A stretch of DNA of 64,000 bases from the NCBI GenBank assembly GCA_965153285.1, contig OZ229115.1; one strand, given 5' to 3'. A program made the position numbers and the translations under genes. The notes under the pieces were generated by a model. That model did not search any database. It worked only from the letters and a program-made list of their open reading frames with translations, and had not been told where the DNA came from. Origin of the DNA: Podarcis tiliguerta (lineage: Eukaryota). Shown here piece after piece: positions 23,672-36,606 of the stretch (position 1 is its first letter; every line of letters starts with the position of its first letter).

Positions 23672-25654
23672 CTTTCATCAGAGTTTAGCTCTTGCTTTTG
23701 AACATAACCCTGCGTGAACTTGCAGACTTTTGCCATTCTGGCAAGAGATGCAGCAGGTGCAGGGAAAGATGAGAAGCGATATCAAGTGGCTAATCAGTCC
23801 TGTGTGGAATGCTGGCAAGCGCTCAATTATTGAACACAGACATATTCTCTTTCAGATTCCATATTGTGCAGGTCCGTGTTGTATATGCCTTCTATCTAAA
23901 TAACTCACTGAAAAGTCAAGCTGAGTGAATGAAACAGCTGTGCCCCAAAACAGTACACTGTGCATACATAGATCCTTCAGAACGTTTCCTTGACCTCCCA
24001 CTCCTTAAGCAGTTATCCGTCCCAATGGCTGGAAAGGGTCTAACAAGCTCCATGTGGCTGTTTAAAGACAGAAGGGAACTTAATGAGTCCTATATGCCAT
24101 GAAGAATTGAATGTGGAGATCAGGCCCTCTGCTGGTTGGAGGCATAAGAGCTGAGAGTTGATGTTCCAGCTGCGAGATCAGCTCTTGCTTCAAGGAAGCT
24201 AATATAAATTCTCCTTTATGTGATTTATCTACAGATTTGAGAGCCAAAGGTTCTTGCTTTGGGATGAAGGAGGAATATATTTCTCATGCATGCCAGTTCA
24301 CAGCGAAGAAATTGAAACAACTGAGAGAAGAAGATATGCTCAGCTACTTAATTAATCATATGCTCAAATCCCTGCACCTTAATAATATCTTAGTGTCCTT
24401 GTTTTAAACAACAACAACCCAAAAGCAGCCATTAAAAAGGAGTCCAGAATATTATCATGGACTCCTACTGATAATTATTCAGGCATTTTGCTAAAGGTAG
24501 TAAATAGGATTCACTCATGTGCCCTTTGAGACCTTGAGACAATTCAGTATTCATAGTAAATATATCACTGAACTTCGTAAGAGAACAGTTTTTTAAAAAC
24601 AAAGCCCAGCTAGCTACTTAATAATTTACCAATACCGATAGCAAGGAGAATATCTAATAACGAGCTGAGATTGACTTTCAAATAAGATTTGGTTTTTGCA
24701 ACAAAAAAAGAAAAGAAAAGAAAAATGTTTAGTTTTGTTTAGTTTTTAAAAATCCTAAGCAACTGACCATTATTACAATTAGAATCAGGTTCTTGTGACA
24801 TTACTAGCTTGCTTTACGGACATTTGGGGCTGGCAGAAGCAGGAAACAAAGGCTTGTGCTGGAGGAAGTTGCAGAGCCTCGTTCATATATATTTCAGAGC
24901 ATTTTTTTTTATATAAAAAAAATTCAAACAGCCCTTTCAGCAGCTCTGTGGAATCAATGCCTTCAGTGAGCATCTTTGTTTATAACCATTCCTTCACAGA
25001 AGCAGGGAAACATGGCCTTGGTAGAACAGGGGGCCATTCAGCATCTCTTATAGAACCATTACGAAGCAACCTTCACAAAAAAGGGAAAGACCCCACAGAG
25101 GAGAAGAATGCAAATTAATGCTGATATTTATATGGCGCTCAAATTATTTCCCCAAGCATTGTACGAGCATCCTCCTCCCTGTCAGCACTCCACTGGTTTC
25201 TAATAAAAGAAATTAAATTAGTGATTTATCTGCTAATTCCTGCCATTATTGGATCCTACAGGGAAGGGAATAATAGATGCTTTTTTGAGTATCAGTGACA
25301 CTGGATTGGGCAGGGGGCACCTCTACATCATTCTCATTCATTATGGATCTCCAAGGAAACAGGAAGGTAGACTAGATGCACCTTTGATCGGATCCAGCAG
25401 CGATGCTCTTATGTTCTTATGATGGCCAGGCACAAAACCTCCCAGGAGACCGTGAATGAGTTGCACAAGTAAGGAAAGCATTTATTTGTAGTCAGTTCTG
25501 AATCTTCCCTGAGATACTCAGCTTTGACTCTCTCTAAAGGAGCCTTTCTCAAGCAGGTTTCCATCACCATTGCTACCACAACAGGAATGTAGAAGCCACA
25601 CAATGAGAGGTCCTTCAGTCACATTACCTTCCTGGGGAAAATGCTAAAGAGTTT

Positions 25655-26030
25655 GGTTATGTTTATTGAATTCATGAATTGCTTCCCACAACAAGAAGTC
25701 TCAAAGCAATTCGTGAGATTAAAATACAGTAATACAAATATGCACACCTTAAACATAGTTAGAATAACAACATCCAGTCATTGGTTCTGTCCAAATGCCT
25801 GGGGAAACAAAACAAAAAATGCCTTTGCTTGGTGCTTCTGAAACATGGATAAATGGATAAGGGTTGGAGCCAGCATGGCCTCTCTGGTGAGATCATTCTA
25901 CAGAAGGGGAGCTACTACAGAAAAGAGCTGCTCCCTTTGCACCACCCTCAGTTGTAGGAGGCAGAGAAGGGCATCGGATGACAATTTCAGGGTCCAGGCA
26001 AGTTCATATGGAAAAAGGTGGGTCTTTAGG
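25655..26030 (-). mobile_element. Degraded L2 LINE 3' fragment
   Basis: 'gagatcattctacagaaggggagctactacagaaaagagc...cagagaagggc' is a diverged version of the L2 sequence at 46211-46604. Confidence 0.55.
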
Positions 26031-26034
26031 TATA

Positions 26035-26353
26035 AAAGTAAAAAGGTAAAGGACCCCTGGACAGTTAAGTCCAGTCAAAGGCGACTGTGGGGTGCGGCGC
26101 TCATCTCGCTCTCTGGCCAAGGGAGCCAGCGTTTGTCCACAGACAGCTTTCTGGGTCATGTGGCCAGCATGACAAAACCAAAGCTCACGGAAATGCTGTT
26201 TACCTTCCTGCCACAATGGTACCCTATTTATCTACTTGCACTGGCATGCTTTTGATCTGCTAGGTTGGCAGGGGCTGGGACAGAGCAATGGGAGCTCACC
26301 CCATCACGGGGATTCGAACTGCTGACCTTCTGATCGGCAAGCCCAAGAGGCTC
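26035..26353 (-). mobile_element. Sauria SINE
   Basis: 'aaggtaaaggacccctggacagttaagtccagtc' end, Sauria body, B box 'ggattcgaac'. Confidence 0.9.
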
Positions 26354-27049
26354 CCTTGGAATGAGACCAAGAAACAAATTGGCAGGCAGCAGAGATCTCT
26401 GAGCAGGAGTGCCTCAATCCTGTCAGCAGTCACACTGCAACTTTCTTGTAGTTTCTTGACCAAATGCAAGAGGAGCAACCAGTTGATCTCATCAGGTTCT
26501 CGAAGGCTCCAGGAGTCCTTCTGCCTCCCACATTGGAAGTCAGCAGCCTATGGACCAGAAAGAGTTCTGATGACCAGCTACTAGAGGATGCAATGCAGAA
26601 AACAAATGCACTCTCCTAGCCGACTGCCCAGTCACATGGTCGGCATGATTATGTGCACTAACCTGTACTCAGCTGACTTCAGAGTTTGACTTGTGCTCTA
26701 CTCTTCGTCCAGCTTGCTTCAGAGCCCATAGCTTTCTAAAATATGAAGGAGCCATTCAGACTTCTGGGTATCGCAAATGGTTGTTGGCAATAAGTTGCTT
26801 TTTAAAAAGTGGGGATCTGGATTAAATTGCTCTTTGCTTCCTGTTTTTAATGATATGTTAGGTCGTAAAAGAAAACCAGTCTTCTCATTCCATGATGGCA
26901 ACGTTTACTTACTCATTTTTGGTGAGGTGTTTTGTTAAAAGCTTTTTTGGACATCCAAATATATAATGTCTGTTTCCCATGGAAGCGGGCACTCACAAAG
27001 AACCCCAAAGATGTGCTATACGAAGGGATAATCAAATGGGTGAGTTTTT

Positions 27050-27412
27050 GTTTATCTCCATTCCTCTACCAATCCACATTTCCCCATCAGTTTGCAATTT
27101 TGGTAAAAGTCCCCATGAAAATTCATCAGCGATTTGGTGGACAATTTGCTAAATATATACATTTTTGCAAGCAAACATTTCCCTCTAACATTTTTGCATG
27201 TTATATACACAATAATACACATATTTTTTAGAACAGCCCCTCCTCTAATTGCATTATTGTACAAATTACTTGGTTGGAGAACTGCAAAATTCAGAGCAGT
27301 GTAGATTCCAACAGAAAACTGTTTTTCAGTTTGCACGTATTGTTTCGAGAAAGTGTGAATTAGGTAGTTTCACGTTAAAATGAGAACTGAAATAAATCTC
27401 TTCCCCATCCCT
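27050..27412. mobile_element. Old non-autonomous repeat, same family as 7345-7749, opposite orientation
   Basis: 'aaagtccccatgaaaattcatc', 'ggagaactgcaaaattc', 'aattaggtag', ending 'ccccatccc'. Confidence 0.55.
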
Positions 27413-29868
27413 TGTCTAAATAGCAGCTTCACATGGGAGAACTGGGCTGGACTCAAGAGTGGCTACATCAACGAATACTGAGAAGTTCTAATTGACTAAC
27501 CAAGGAATAGGGCAGCTTCCATTCTCCCTTATTAGCCTATTCAGCAACTGACAATGTGCTGCCCATCTGTCAACTTAGAGGTGGGATGGCAGGTGGACCT
27601 GAAGAGGTACAACCTGCATTACTCCTAAATGCTCAGTGCACAACATAAAGAGGCTGAGGGGCTCTGAGGATGAAGAAATGACGAGAAATGGAAGGAAAAG
27701 GCTCACAAAGAGTGACATAAACACTTCAGGACGACGGGGTTTGAACAGCCTAAGTTGTCACAAGATGGAATGGGCCAAGGGCTATTCTAAGAAAAGCCAT
27801 CTGAAGGGCATGCTGATCTGTCGGAAAAATGAAGTTTTATCTGCATTTCCAACAATAGTGGGATAATTTTTATCACTGCGAGTAACGACTGTAGCTACAC
27901 TCACTGAGATAATAAGGGTAATCAAATCTCATGCTTCAGGGCATAAACTGATCGCCTGAGGGGATCAGGAGGAAACTTATTCCCTCTTTCCACCTACAGC
28001 ATTGCATATTAACATTACAGTGCGGGGGGGGGGGGATGTACCTCCCTCTGAAGCATCAGTGAATGCTGGAAATAGTCGCCTTGTTGAAATAGCCTAGGGA
28101 AATAATCGTAAACCAGTGACAATCATGCAAATCCTGCAGTCCTGGAAGGGACCTAAGATTCTAAATATTAAAAGCACAAAAGCTCTGTATTAGTACAGTT
28201 TCCAAGAGACATGTATCTGAAGGAGAATGGGAAAGCTGTTTCCTATTAACATTCCACTACAAATTTGAATTCTCATTTTTAGAAACATCAGCATTATGTG
28301 ATTCGAGCGGCCAGAGGATTGAACTATAAGCCAGCAGAGCAGGGTTCAAATTCTATATGCTGAGTGATCATGAGGACTAGTGTGATGCTGCCGAATGGAG
28401 CGTAGATTTTGCTCTTTTCCTCAGGAACTGAAATGTGGGTGTTTGGATTTTCTGGTGATGAATGTGAATGTGAACTCATGCTTCCTGGTGCTATAGATAG
28501 CTGCTGCTGCAGCAGCAGCAGCAATAAAATGACTGTTTCTTCACAGAAGTTTATTGTGAACACAGTGTCTGGATTTGCTGTTCCCAACTTTTTGTTTTAA
28601 TAGGTTTTCCACGAAGGTGGTAAATTCAGATTAAATGGAGAAAAAACACAGCACTGACCACAGTGTGTGAAGTGTGGCACCACCATTGCTCCATCCTCTT
28701 GGCTGTGGCAGCGCTGCCACTCACAAAGGTTGTGATGGTGGCGTCAGGGGTGTGGGAAACACTGGGTTGGTGACGGCAGCATTAGAATCTAAAAAATGAC
28801 ACCCCCCTTCAATTATTTTCAAATGCCATTTTCTTCCTCATGAATTGATGGAGAATGGCTGCATTGAAATGTGGGGGAACGTTTGGCACAGTGATGGAGT
28901 TTGTCCTGGCATGCTTGATTTTTTTGAAAAAATGTGGGTGAGGGGACTGGATTAGGGTTGTGGCATGGAAGGGGGGGGGGCATCAACATTTTCTGCCCAA
29001 CACAGTCCAGATTGAGGCCTTTCCCTCAACTGTCACCAGGGAGCAGCCATGCCATCAGTTTGCTTCAGCAGAAGAGATGGGAAGTAGGGCTCTTTCCATC
29101 AGCTTTGCTGAAACACCAGCTCCATCAGGTACTGCCTACCCTTGAAATGGGCCAGCAGGTCATTATAAGAACAAATATTTAAGAATTGGTGCCTGGGTTT
29201 GCCCCGTCCCCATTCCACCCCCTCCCGTCCCCTTTCCCTCGTGTGTCATTTTTTTGTTAAGTCTGTGGGAAGGGAGTGTCTTGTTTTAATTGACTGTGTG
29301 TAAATCACTCTGGGAGCCTTTTCAGCGTAATAGTGGGGTACATATGCTCCACATAAACACTAAAGTAAAGAAATTGGAATTGATAGGCCTCATGCCAGCT
29401 ATTTGAAATGGCAGGAAAGCGCCCAGTGGAAGCTGTTCTGCCATTGCTAACAGCAGACACAGGACAGTGGATACTGACTGAAACTTTAGCTGAGACTAAA
29501 GGTTCAGCCCTGCCTCATCTCACACCAGGGTCCTGATCTGACTGACTAGTCTCTCAACCACTCCCAACATTGGCTATGGATGGGACATGGACAAAAGCAT
29601 CATCAGTAGGGAGTGGGCAGGCTGGTGTGACAGTACAGAGGCCCTTGGAAAGCCTTAGGTGTAACTAGGTCATTGCATTGACTTCCCCATATGCAATGGA
29701 ACTTCCCCTCCCTTTCCTCTGCCTGCATTTCCTCTAAACTACCCTGTTCCTCAGGGCTGGGGCAATCCCCAGTCAGATATATTCACCTGCACAGTGACTT
29801 CACTGGATGCAATGGAGCTTATTATCAAATTCACATAGACACTGGTTCTATATTATTGCAATCTAGTA

Positions 29869-30089
29869 CAGTGGTACCTCAGGTTCAGGTTACAGACGCT
29901 TCAGGTTACAGACTCCGCTAACCCAGAAATAGTACCTCGGGTTAAGAACTTTGCTTCAGGATGAGAACAGAAATCACACGGTGGCAGCGGGAGGCCCCAT
30001 TATCTAAAGTGGTACCTCAGGTTAAGAGCAGTTTCAGGTTAAGAACAGACCTCCAGAATGAATTAGGTTCTTAACCCGAGGTACCACTG
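29869..30089. mobile_element. Tc1/mariner (pogo/Tigger-like) MITE
   Basis: TIR CAGTGGTACCTC(A/G)GGTT at both ends; TA at left, CA at right; inverted copy at 42144-42385. Confidence 0.88.
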
Positions 30090-30984
30090 CATTTGTACTG
30101 ACCAGTGTAGCCCCAAACAGTCTCCTAGATTTGAAGCATTCAGCCCACTCTGTAGAGATTTTTTTTAAAAAAAGAAATCCTGTTGCAAAGGTGAAGTTGA
30201 TATTCCTGACTTATTGATGCACGGTTGCTTAACTTCTCCCTAGGCAAGGAGGAGTATATTAAGGCAAATGGTATGTAGGAGATCAGTGCCAATGTGTCAG
30301 ACATCTATTAGCAATTTCATATTGCAGCCAGATTTTTAAAAAGACAGCTGGTATCTGTGTTTATGCTCATACTTAGCTGCAAATATGCTAACAACTCTGG
30401 GAAGAGAAGTTGAGGGGGGGGGGGAAGGCAGTTACTTTCAAGGGTCTTGAGTGAAGGCAGGTGGTTCAATATTCATCCTGCTTGACTTCTTTTCATTTGC
30501 TGGCAGGAATTCAGGAAGTCAAATAGTTCTGGACAGTTGTTCTTCTGGATGCTTCTTAGTGAGAGACAGCTCTGTAAAATCTATTCTATCTGAACATTTG
30601 CATTTTCTGATATTTTGGCGGGGGCGGGGGGGGGGGGGGAAAGAGCAGCTAACATTCCTCTAAAATTCCTCACCGGTGGGTGGGGCATAATATCTTTTTT
30701 TACTAGCTTGAGCAGCTGCTGAGCCAAATCTGCGTTTGGCTTCTTCCGCACAGAGCAGCTGAAGAAACTAAGAGGAGTAAGAAAGACGTTCAAGGCAGAT
30801 CTCATCTCTTATACTGCCGGTGAGATGGGGGAAGTTGGAAAGAGATCTCTGCAGAGCGTAATGGGAAGTCACAAAGCCAAATATATATTTAACCAATCTG
30901 GAAACCTTTGCTGCAGGCGCAAACAGTTCAGTTAGAAGAAGAACACATTCACTTGCACTGGACATACACGCCGGCTAGACCAAG

Positions 30985-31140
30985 AGACGTAGGGGCTTGC
31001 CTTATTCCAAGTCAAACTATTGGTTCACTTAGCTCAGATTATCTGATAGCAACTCTTCAGGGTTTCCCACCCCTATCTGGGATTGGACCTGGGACTTTCG
31101 ATATGCAACTCAGATTCTCTTCCACTGAGCTGTGGCCCTT
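30985..31140 (-). mobile_element. Squam2-type SINE (degenerate)
   Basis: 'gggattggacctgggactttcgatatgcaactcagattctcttccactgagctgtggccc' is the reverse complement of the Squam2 head. Confidence 0.65.
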
Positions 31141-32104
31141 TCTCATTTTCAGACAGAGGAGACTGCGTACTGACCCAATCCGCCTCTTGATTGTCGCACA
31201 CATTAGAATAATTATTTAGCTCCAGTGTAACAGAAAATAAAATGGGAAGCCCTTTTTTAAAGGCTTTGTGGTTTAATTTTTTTTTTTTAAATATTTTTTA
31301 CTAAACATCTCATGGGAAAAAACACTTTAACCTGCTGTTTGCAAGACATAGGTACAAACAAAATTAGTCCAATTCAGACAACAGCAGCTGTGGCTCAATG
31401 TCAAAGGCAAGGGTTACTTTTCTCCTTTATGCAATTTTTAAAATTAGATGTCTTTTGCTAGGGCATCAAATTTCTCCCATTGTTGAATCATGTGGAATGG
31501 CAGCCTGGGTGTGCATGGATTAAATGCAAACATTCCAGTATCAGAAGAAAACATATTCTAATTCCTTAATTGGATACAGCATGTCAGTGTTACCTGTTTT
31601 AAGCTGCAAATCTGATGCAGGCTTACTTGCGAGTAAGCCCCATTGGACAACATGCAACTTAAATCTATAGGATTGTGCTACATGTAATTTTTTTTAGCAA
31701 TCACTTGGGATTTATATTTTTAAAAATAATGCATGAATAAAGTGAGTCGCTCGTACAGCATTGCACAGGAAGATGAGAAAATCTTTCTGAGTGCATTCAT
31801 TAAACACGTCATCCAGTGCTTACAAGATGCTGGGCTTCCACCCACAGCCTGTGTTAATTCCCTGCCTGTCTGTCCAGCAGATGCTTCATGCTGGGAACTA
31901 CGGACCGTGCAAAAGAAGAACAGCAGCCAACAAAGGGGATTATGTCATGGAAACGCGCAAACCCACATGGTACGCTGTCCATTCTTTTTCCAGATATTTC
32001 TCGTTTTGAACTAAAATAAGAGTGGGGAACCTGTTGCCTTCTAGATCTTGTTGGACTCCTGGTCCCATCAAGCCTAGCCAGTGTGGTCAGGGACGATGGG
32101 ACTT

Positions 32105-32380
32105 CATAGAGTTGGAAGGGACACCAAGGGTCATCTAGTCCAACCCCTGCAATGCAAGAATCACAGCTAAAGAATCCCCGAGAGATTGCCATCCAACCTC
32201 TGTTTAAAAAAACCCAGCTGTGAAGGAGAGTCCACCACTATCAAACAGCTCTTACTATCAGAAAGTTCTTCCTGATGCTTAGGCGGAATCTCCTTTCTTG
32301 AAATTTGAATCCATTGGTTCAGTAGAATATGAGTTTGCTCCATCTTCCATGTGACAGCCCTTAAGATATTTGAAGATGGG
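32105..32380 (-). mobile_element. CR1 LINE 3' fragment inserted in a hairpin MITE (~32020-32420)
   Basis: 'tcatagagttggaagggacaccaagggtcatctagtccaacccctgc...gaaagttcttcctgatg'; MITE halves 'ttggactcc...gggacgatggg' and 'ttgtaatccagcaac...caggttgcc' flank it. Confidence 0.75.
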
Positions 32381-32584
32381 TTGTAATCCAGCAACAACTG
32401 GAAAGCCACAGGTTGCCTTTGTCAGAACCAAAGCAGGGTTAAAGATTATTTATGAGTATTTCCGGTCTGCATTTGTAATGGAATTATCTTTAAACTGTTT
32501 GTATTGTTTGATCACTTGTTTTCTACCTTGGGGTCCTTTGGAAAGACAGTGCATAGATTCAATACTAATAATAATGCTAATACT

Positions 32585-32763
32585 CAGTGCTGTTTTTTCT
32601 GGGGGGTACACAGGGGTACACATACCCCTTAACATTTTGTGAACCTTTGTACTTTGTTCCATTTACTGTATTTATTTTTCCTGATTTGAACTATAAAATG
32701 GTGATTTTCTTGAGTCAAAATGAGAGTACTCCTAAATATATATTTTTTTAGAAAACAGCATTG
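32585..32763. mobile_element. hAT-type MITE, ~180 bp
   Basis: TIR CAGTGCTGTTTT / AAAACAGCATTG; 8-bp TSD ctaatact/ctaatacc. Confidence 0.8.
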
Positions 32764-32918
32764 CTAATACCAATACCAATACCAGAGTAGGGTGCACCTG
32801 CTGAAATTCCCACTTCTGCATAACTATTAAAGGTGCAAGAGTCCTGTTCTGTTATGCATCTGGCCACCCTATTTACATGGTGCACTATGAAATTAGTAGC
32901 ACATTCCTATACATACTT

Positions 32919-33276
32919 AAAGGTAAAGGTAAAGGCACCCCTGACCGTTAGGTCCAGTCGTGGATGACTCTGGGGTTGCGGCAATCATCTTGCTCTATAG
33001 GCCAAAGGTGCCAGCATTTGTCTGCAGACAGCTTCTGGGTCATGTGGCCTGCATGACTAAGCCACTTCTGGTGAACCAGAGCAGCGCACGGAAACACCGT
33101 TTACCTTCCCGCCGGAGCGGTACCTATTTATCTACTTGCACTCTGATGTGCTTTCGAACTGCTAGGTGGGCAGGAGCTGGGACCGAACAACGGGAGCTCA
33201 CCCCATCACGGGGATTCAAACCGCTGACCTTCTGATCGGCAAGCCCTAGGCTCTGTGGTTTAGACCACAGTGCCAC
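32919..33276 (-). mobile_element. Sauria SINE
   Basis: (AAAGGT)n end, full Sauria body and head. Confidence 0.92.
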
Positions 33277-33689
33277 ATAATTACTTGGAAGTAAATTCCA
33301 TTTTAGCTAGTGGACGTTAGGAAGGAAAATAGGGAGCTTCCTTATAGTGATCATTGGTCGATCTAGCTCAGTATTGACTACAGTAACTGATACTGGCTGT
33401 ACAGGAACTCAAGCAATGTTATCTTCCAGATTCTTGTTTTGTTTTTTAAATCACTATCTAATTTCTTTTCTCCCCATTCTCCCTTTCAAGAGCTGATTCA
33501 CACAACCGAATTTGGAGTCTATTTCAAGCCGCAATGGATACTTTTTTAAAAAAAATTAAGCCTCCTCTCACAATGCATGCTGAAGTGGCCATCCTGCTTT
33601 CCAACTTGGAAGCCATCTACTTAGCTTTACCGTGCCACAACAAATGTTCATTTGGAAATATTCACAATGGCACACTCTACTGGAATATG

Positions 33690-34295
33690 GATATATATGG
33701 TGCTTAGATGACTGCTTCAGTGGACTCACATTCAAGCCAAACTGATAGATGAGGAAAGCAAGCCTATATCCATATTAGAACTCCTCAAAAGATTCCATCA
33801 AAGGTGTCTCCAAAAATTTTTACCCATCATTTGGGAAGACAGGCAAACTAATGCCAATGTACTGGAAGAAGCAAATATCACCAGTGTTGAAGCAATGATT
33901 CTTCAACATCAACTTCGTTGGACTGGTCACATTGTTCAGATGCCAGCGTAATGCTGGTGGTCAACAAAAACAGTTTAAAGATTCTCTCCAGGCAAAAAAA
34001 ATAGTAGTATAAACACTGGCCTGTGAGCACTCCAATTGGAGAACAACCTTTACCAAAGGAGTCATGGGCTTTGAAGACACCTCGAACTCAGGACGCAAGG
34101 GAGAAATGTGCTAAGAGGAAGGCATGTTTGGCAAATCCACACCGTGATCAGCTGCTCCCCGGAAACCTATGTCCCCACTGTGGAAGGACGTTTGGATCCA
34201 GAATTGGCCTCCACAGTCACTTATGGACTCAGTGTTAAGACCGTGTTCATGGAAGACAATCTTACTCGGCTACAAGTGATCACCAAAGAAGAAGA
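33690..34295 (+). mobile_element. RTE-clade LINE 3' fragment (pseudogenised ORF end)
   Basis: Translations 'RFHQRCLQKFLPIIWEDRQTNANVLEEANITSVEAMILQHQLRWTGHIVQMP' and C-terminal 'CPHCGRTFGSRIGLHSHL'; (GAA) tail. Confidence 0.85.
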
Positions 34296-35153
34296 CCCAT
34301 TTTAGAACTGAGCTGTCCTGAAAGTATTAATGCTTTTTTTGTGAATATTTGCAGGGGGAAAAACATTCCTTTATTTGATAATTTGAAGGTAGGGTCACTC
34401 TTGGGGTGTGTGGGTGTGGAACCTTAAGGAACAATCCTATAGCAAGATCTATTGTGATGAACCAAAAGGTGCCCATGTGGGGATGTGTGGTTCGCAGCCC
34501 TTCAAAAATTGTGTGTTCATGGCCACGGCCCCCCTGGCACCTCCCCCCCCCACTGTGCCCCTGCATCCACCCACTGCTAAGATCCAGGCAGAGGACAGGG
34601 AGTGGCGGTGAGTGGCACTCCTGCCCACTCAGACTGGTATGGGGCCTTCTGAACCCCTGGTCAGGCCAACCCCTTGTGCTTGGCCTGTTGTTTACCATAT
34701 GATTGCTAACTGGATAGGATAACCCATGTGATTACTCTAGGAAGGAGGAAAATGAAGCTGAGGGATAGCTCATTTGGGCTGGGGGTTCAAGCCCCACATT
34801 GGGTGAAAGATTCCTGCATTGCAGGGGGTTGGACTGCTAGAGGATCCTCATAGTTCCTCCTGACTCTACAATTTTAGGAAGCATCCAGAAAGAGAAAGTG
34901 GCAGCCAGAAGCAGCAGCCAGCGACACAATAGTGCTGAATAAGACGTTTTAAAACAAACAAAGCATGATGATGACATATATTTTCAGAGAAATTATTTGG
35001 GATAGCTTTTGTCCCCAATGAAATGTCTAATTTTAATCTGCATGCTGAAAAAAGATTATTCCGCATAGCTTTAATTGAAATAATAAGCCCCAAGAGTGGT
35101 TATATGAGTTTGCCATGATACAGAATGGTGTTAGTTTCATTTTAAGCTGAAAT

Positions 35154-35360
35154 GAGCCAGTGTTCTGTAGTGGTTAGAGTGTTGGACTAGGACCAGGGAA
35201 ACCAGGTTCCAAATCTCCACTTGTTCATGAAGGTCTCATGGGCCAGTCAGTCACTGTTTCTCGGGCTGCCCTACCTTACAGGGTTGTTGTGAGAGTAAAA
35301 TGGGGAAAGCGGAGAACCAATGTGCCACCTTGAGTTTCTTCGAGGCGGGATATAAACAAT
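35154..35360 (+). mobile_element. Older Squam3/MIR-like SINE
   Basis: 'gagccagtg..tgtagtggttagagtgttggactag' head; 'cctaccttacagggttgttgtgag' CORE 3' part. Confidence 0.75.
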
Positions 35361-35433
35361 AGCTAATGGTTAAAGGAGATTAGAGTAGAGGTTCAAGATT
35401 AGGAAGAGCAAACTTTAAAAAGGATGATTGCTC

Positions 35434-35575
35434 TCCTGGATAGCTCAGTTGGTTAGAGTGTGGTGCTGATAATGCGAAGGTTGCAAGTTCGATCCCCGTA
35501 TGAGATAGTTGCAAGTTCCTGTATCCAGGGGTTGGACTAGATGATCCTCAGGGTCCCTTGCAACTCTATAATGCT
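35434..35575 (+). mobile_element. tRNA-Ile-derived short SINE with CR1-type 3' tail
   Basis: 'tagctcagttggttagagtgtggtgctgataatgcgaaggttgcaagttcgatccccgta' resembles tRNA-Ile and runs directly into the CR1 tail 'gggttggactagatgatcctcagggtcccttgcaactct'. Confidence 0.8.
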
Positions 35576-36271
35576 GCAATGGGACTGGTTATAATTCACG
35601 GAGGCTCTGAATGTGCACCACACAATCCACTAATGATGAGAGGTCTGCTTCTTCTGCTCCGAGATCATGCACTTGTGTGAAGAGAGTAGGCTTTTGTATT
35701 ATGGAGCACTAGCAGTTCCAGTATTTTCAGAAGACACATTTCAAGGAAGTGAAGTTCAGAATGTCATAGAACTTAAGGTATATTCAGCTGCAGTGCAGAC
35801 CTAATGGGGAATGTGTCAGCACCATTCACAATAGATGTAGGTGCAAAAGAAACAGAGAAAGGTAGATTTTCCTCCTAACACTTCAACACCTGCGAGTAAC
35901 CTGAGATAAACTCAGGGGTCTAACACAGCTGTCTTATATAAACTGTCTTTTGTACTACTAGCTGTTGCAATGAAAAGGCTTTTTCACCTGTTATAATTTA
36001 GAGAGTGATCATGATGAATAAGACTATGGACACCTACTGGCTGCTGCACAATCCTATGGATACCCACTCTGCAGGGAGCCCCAGTGAATTGTCTTGCATA
36101 ATGCAAGTTGTGTTGGCTGCCTGGCTGCTGAGTCCCAACAAAGTGTGCCGGGAACCACAACCCTAAAATAGCACCAACCTTTCTGACACAGCGTCTCCTT
36201 GCTGGCTGGCACCCATTGAACTAGTTGTGACAGTTGCATTCCGCGCTCTTTTTTCATTTTGTGGTTTTTGC

Positions 36272-36606
36272 ACAGAACATTGGAAGCTGCCTTCTGCTGA
36301 GTTGGACAGTGGCGTAGCGTGGGTTGTCAGCACCCGGGGCAAGGCAAGTAATTTGCGCCCCCTAACCCGTGGATTTGCACCCCCTAACCCCCAGATGTTG
36401 CGCCCGGTGCGCCCGCCCCCCCCTGCACCCCCACGCTACGCCACTGGAGTCGGACCATTGGTCCATGTAGTTTAGTACATTGACTGGCAGCTTCTCTCCA
36501 GCGTTTCAGACAGAAGTTTCTCCTGGCCCCACCTGGAGATGCTGGGGATCAAACTAGGGACCTTCTGAATATATGGCAGATGCTCTGTCACTGTGCTATA
36601 TGGCCC
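36272..36606 (-). mobile_element. Squam2-type SINE interrupted by a hAT MITE
   Basis: 'gaacattggaagctgccttctgctgagttgga|ccattggtccatgtag...gggatcaaactagggaccttctg...cagatgctctgtcactgtgctatatggccc'. Confidence 0.8.
36307..36446. mobile_element. GC-rich hAT MITE, 140 bp
   Basis: Perfect 17-bp TIR CAGTGGCGTAGCGTGGG; 8-bp TSD gagttgga/gagtcgga. Confidence 0.9.

Noticed and set aside
35434-35510. Functional tRNA-Ile(GAT) gene
   Set aside because: The acceptor stem does not pair, there is no oligo-T terminator, and the sequence continues into a CR1 tail; it is a SINE head.
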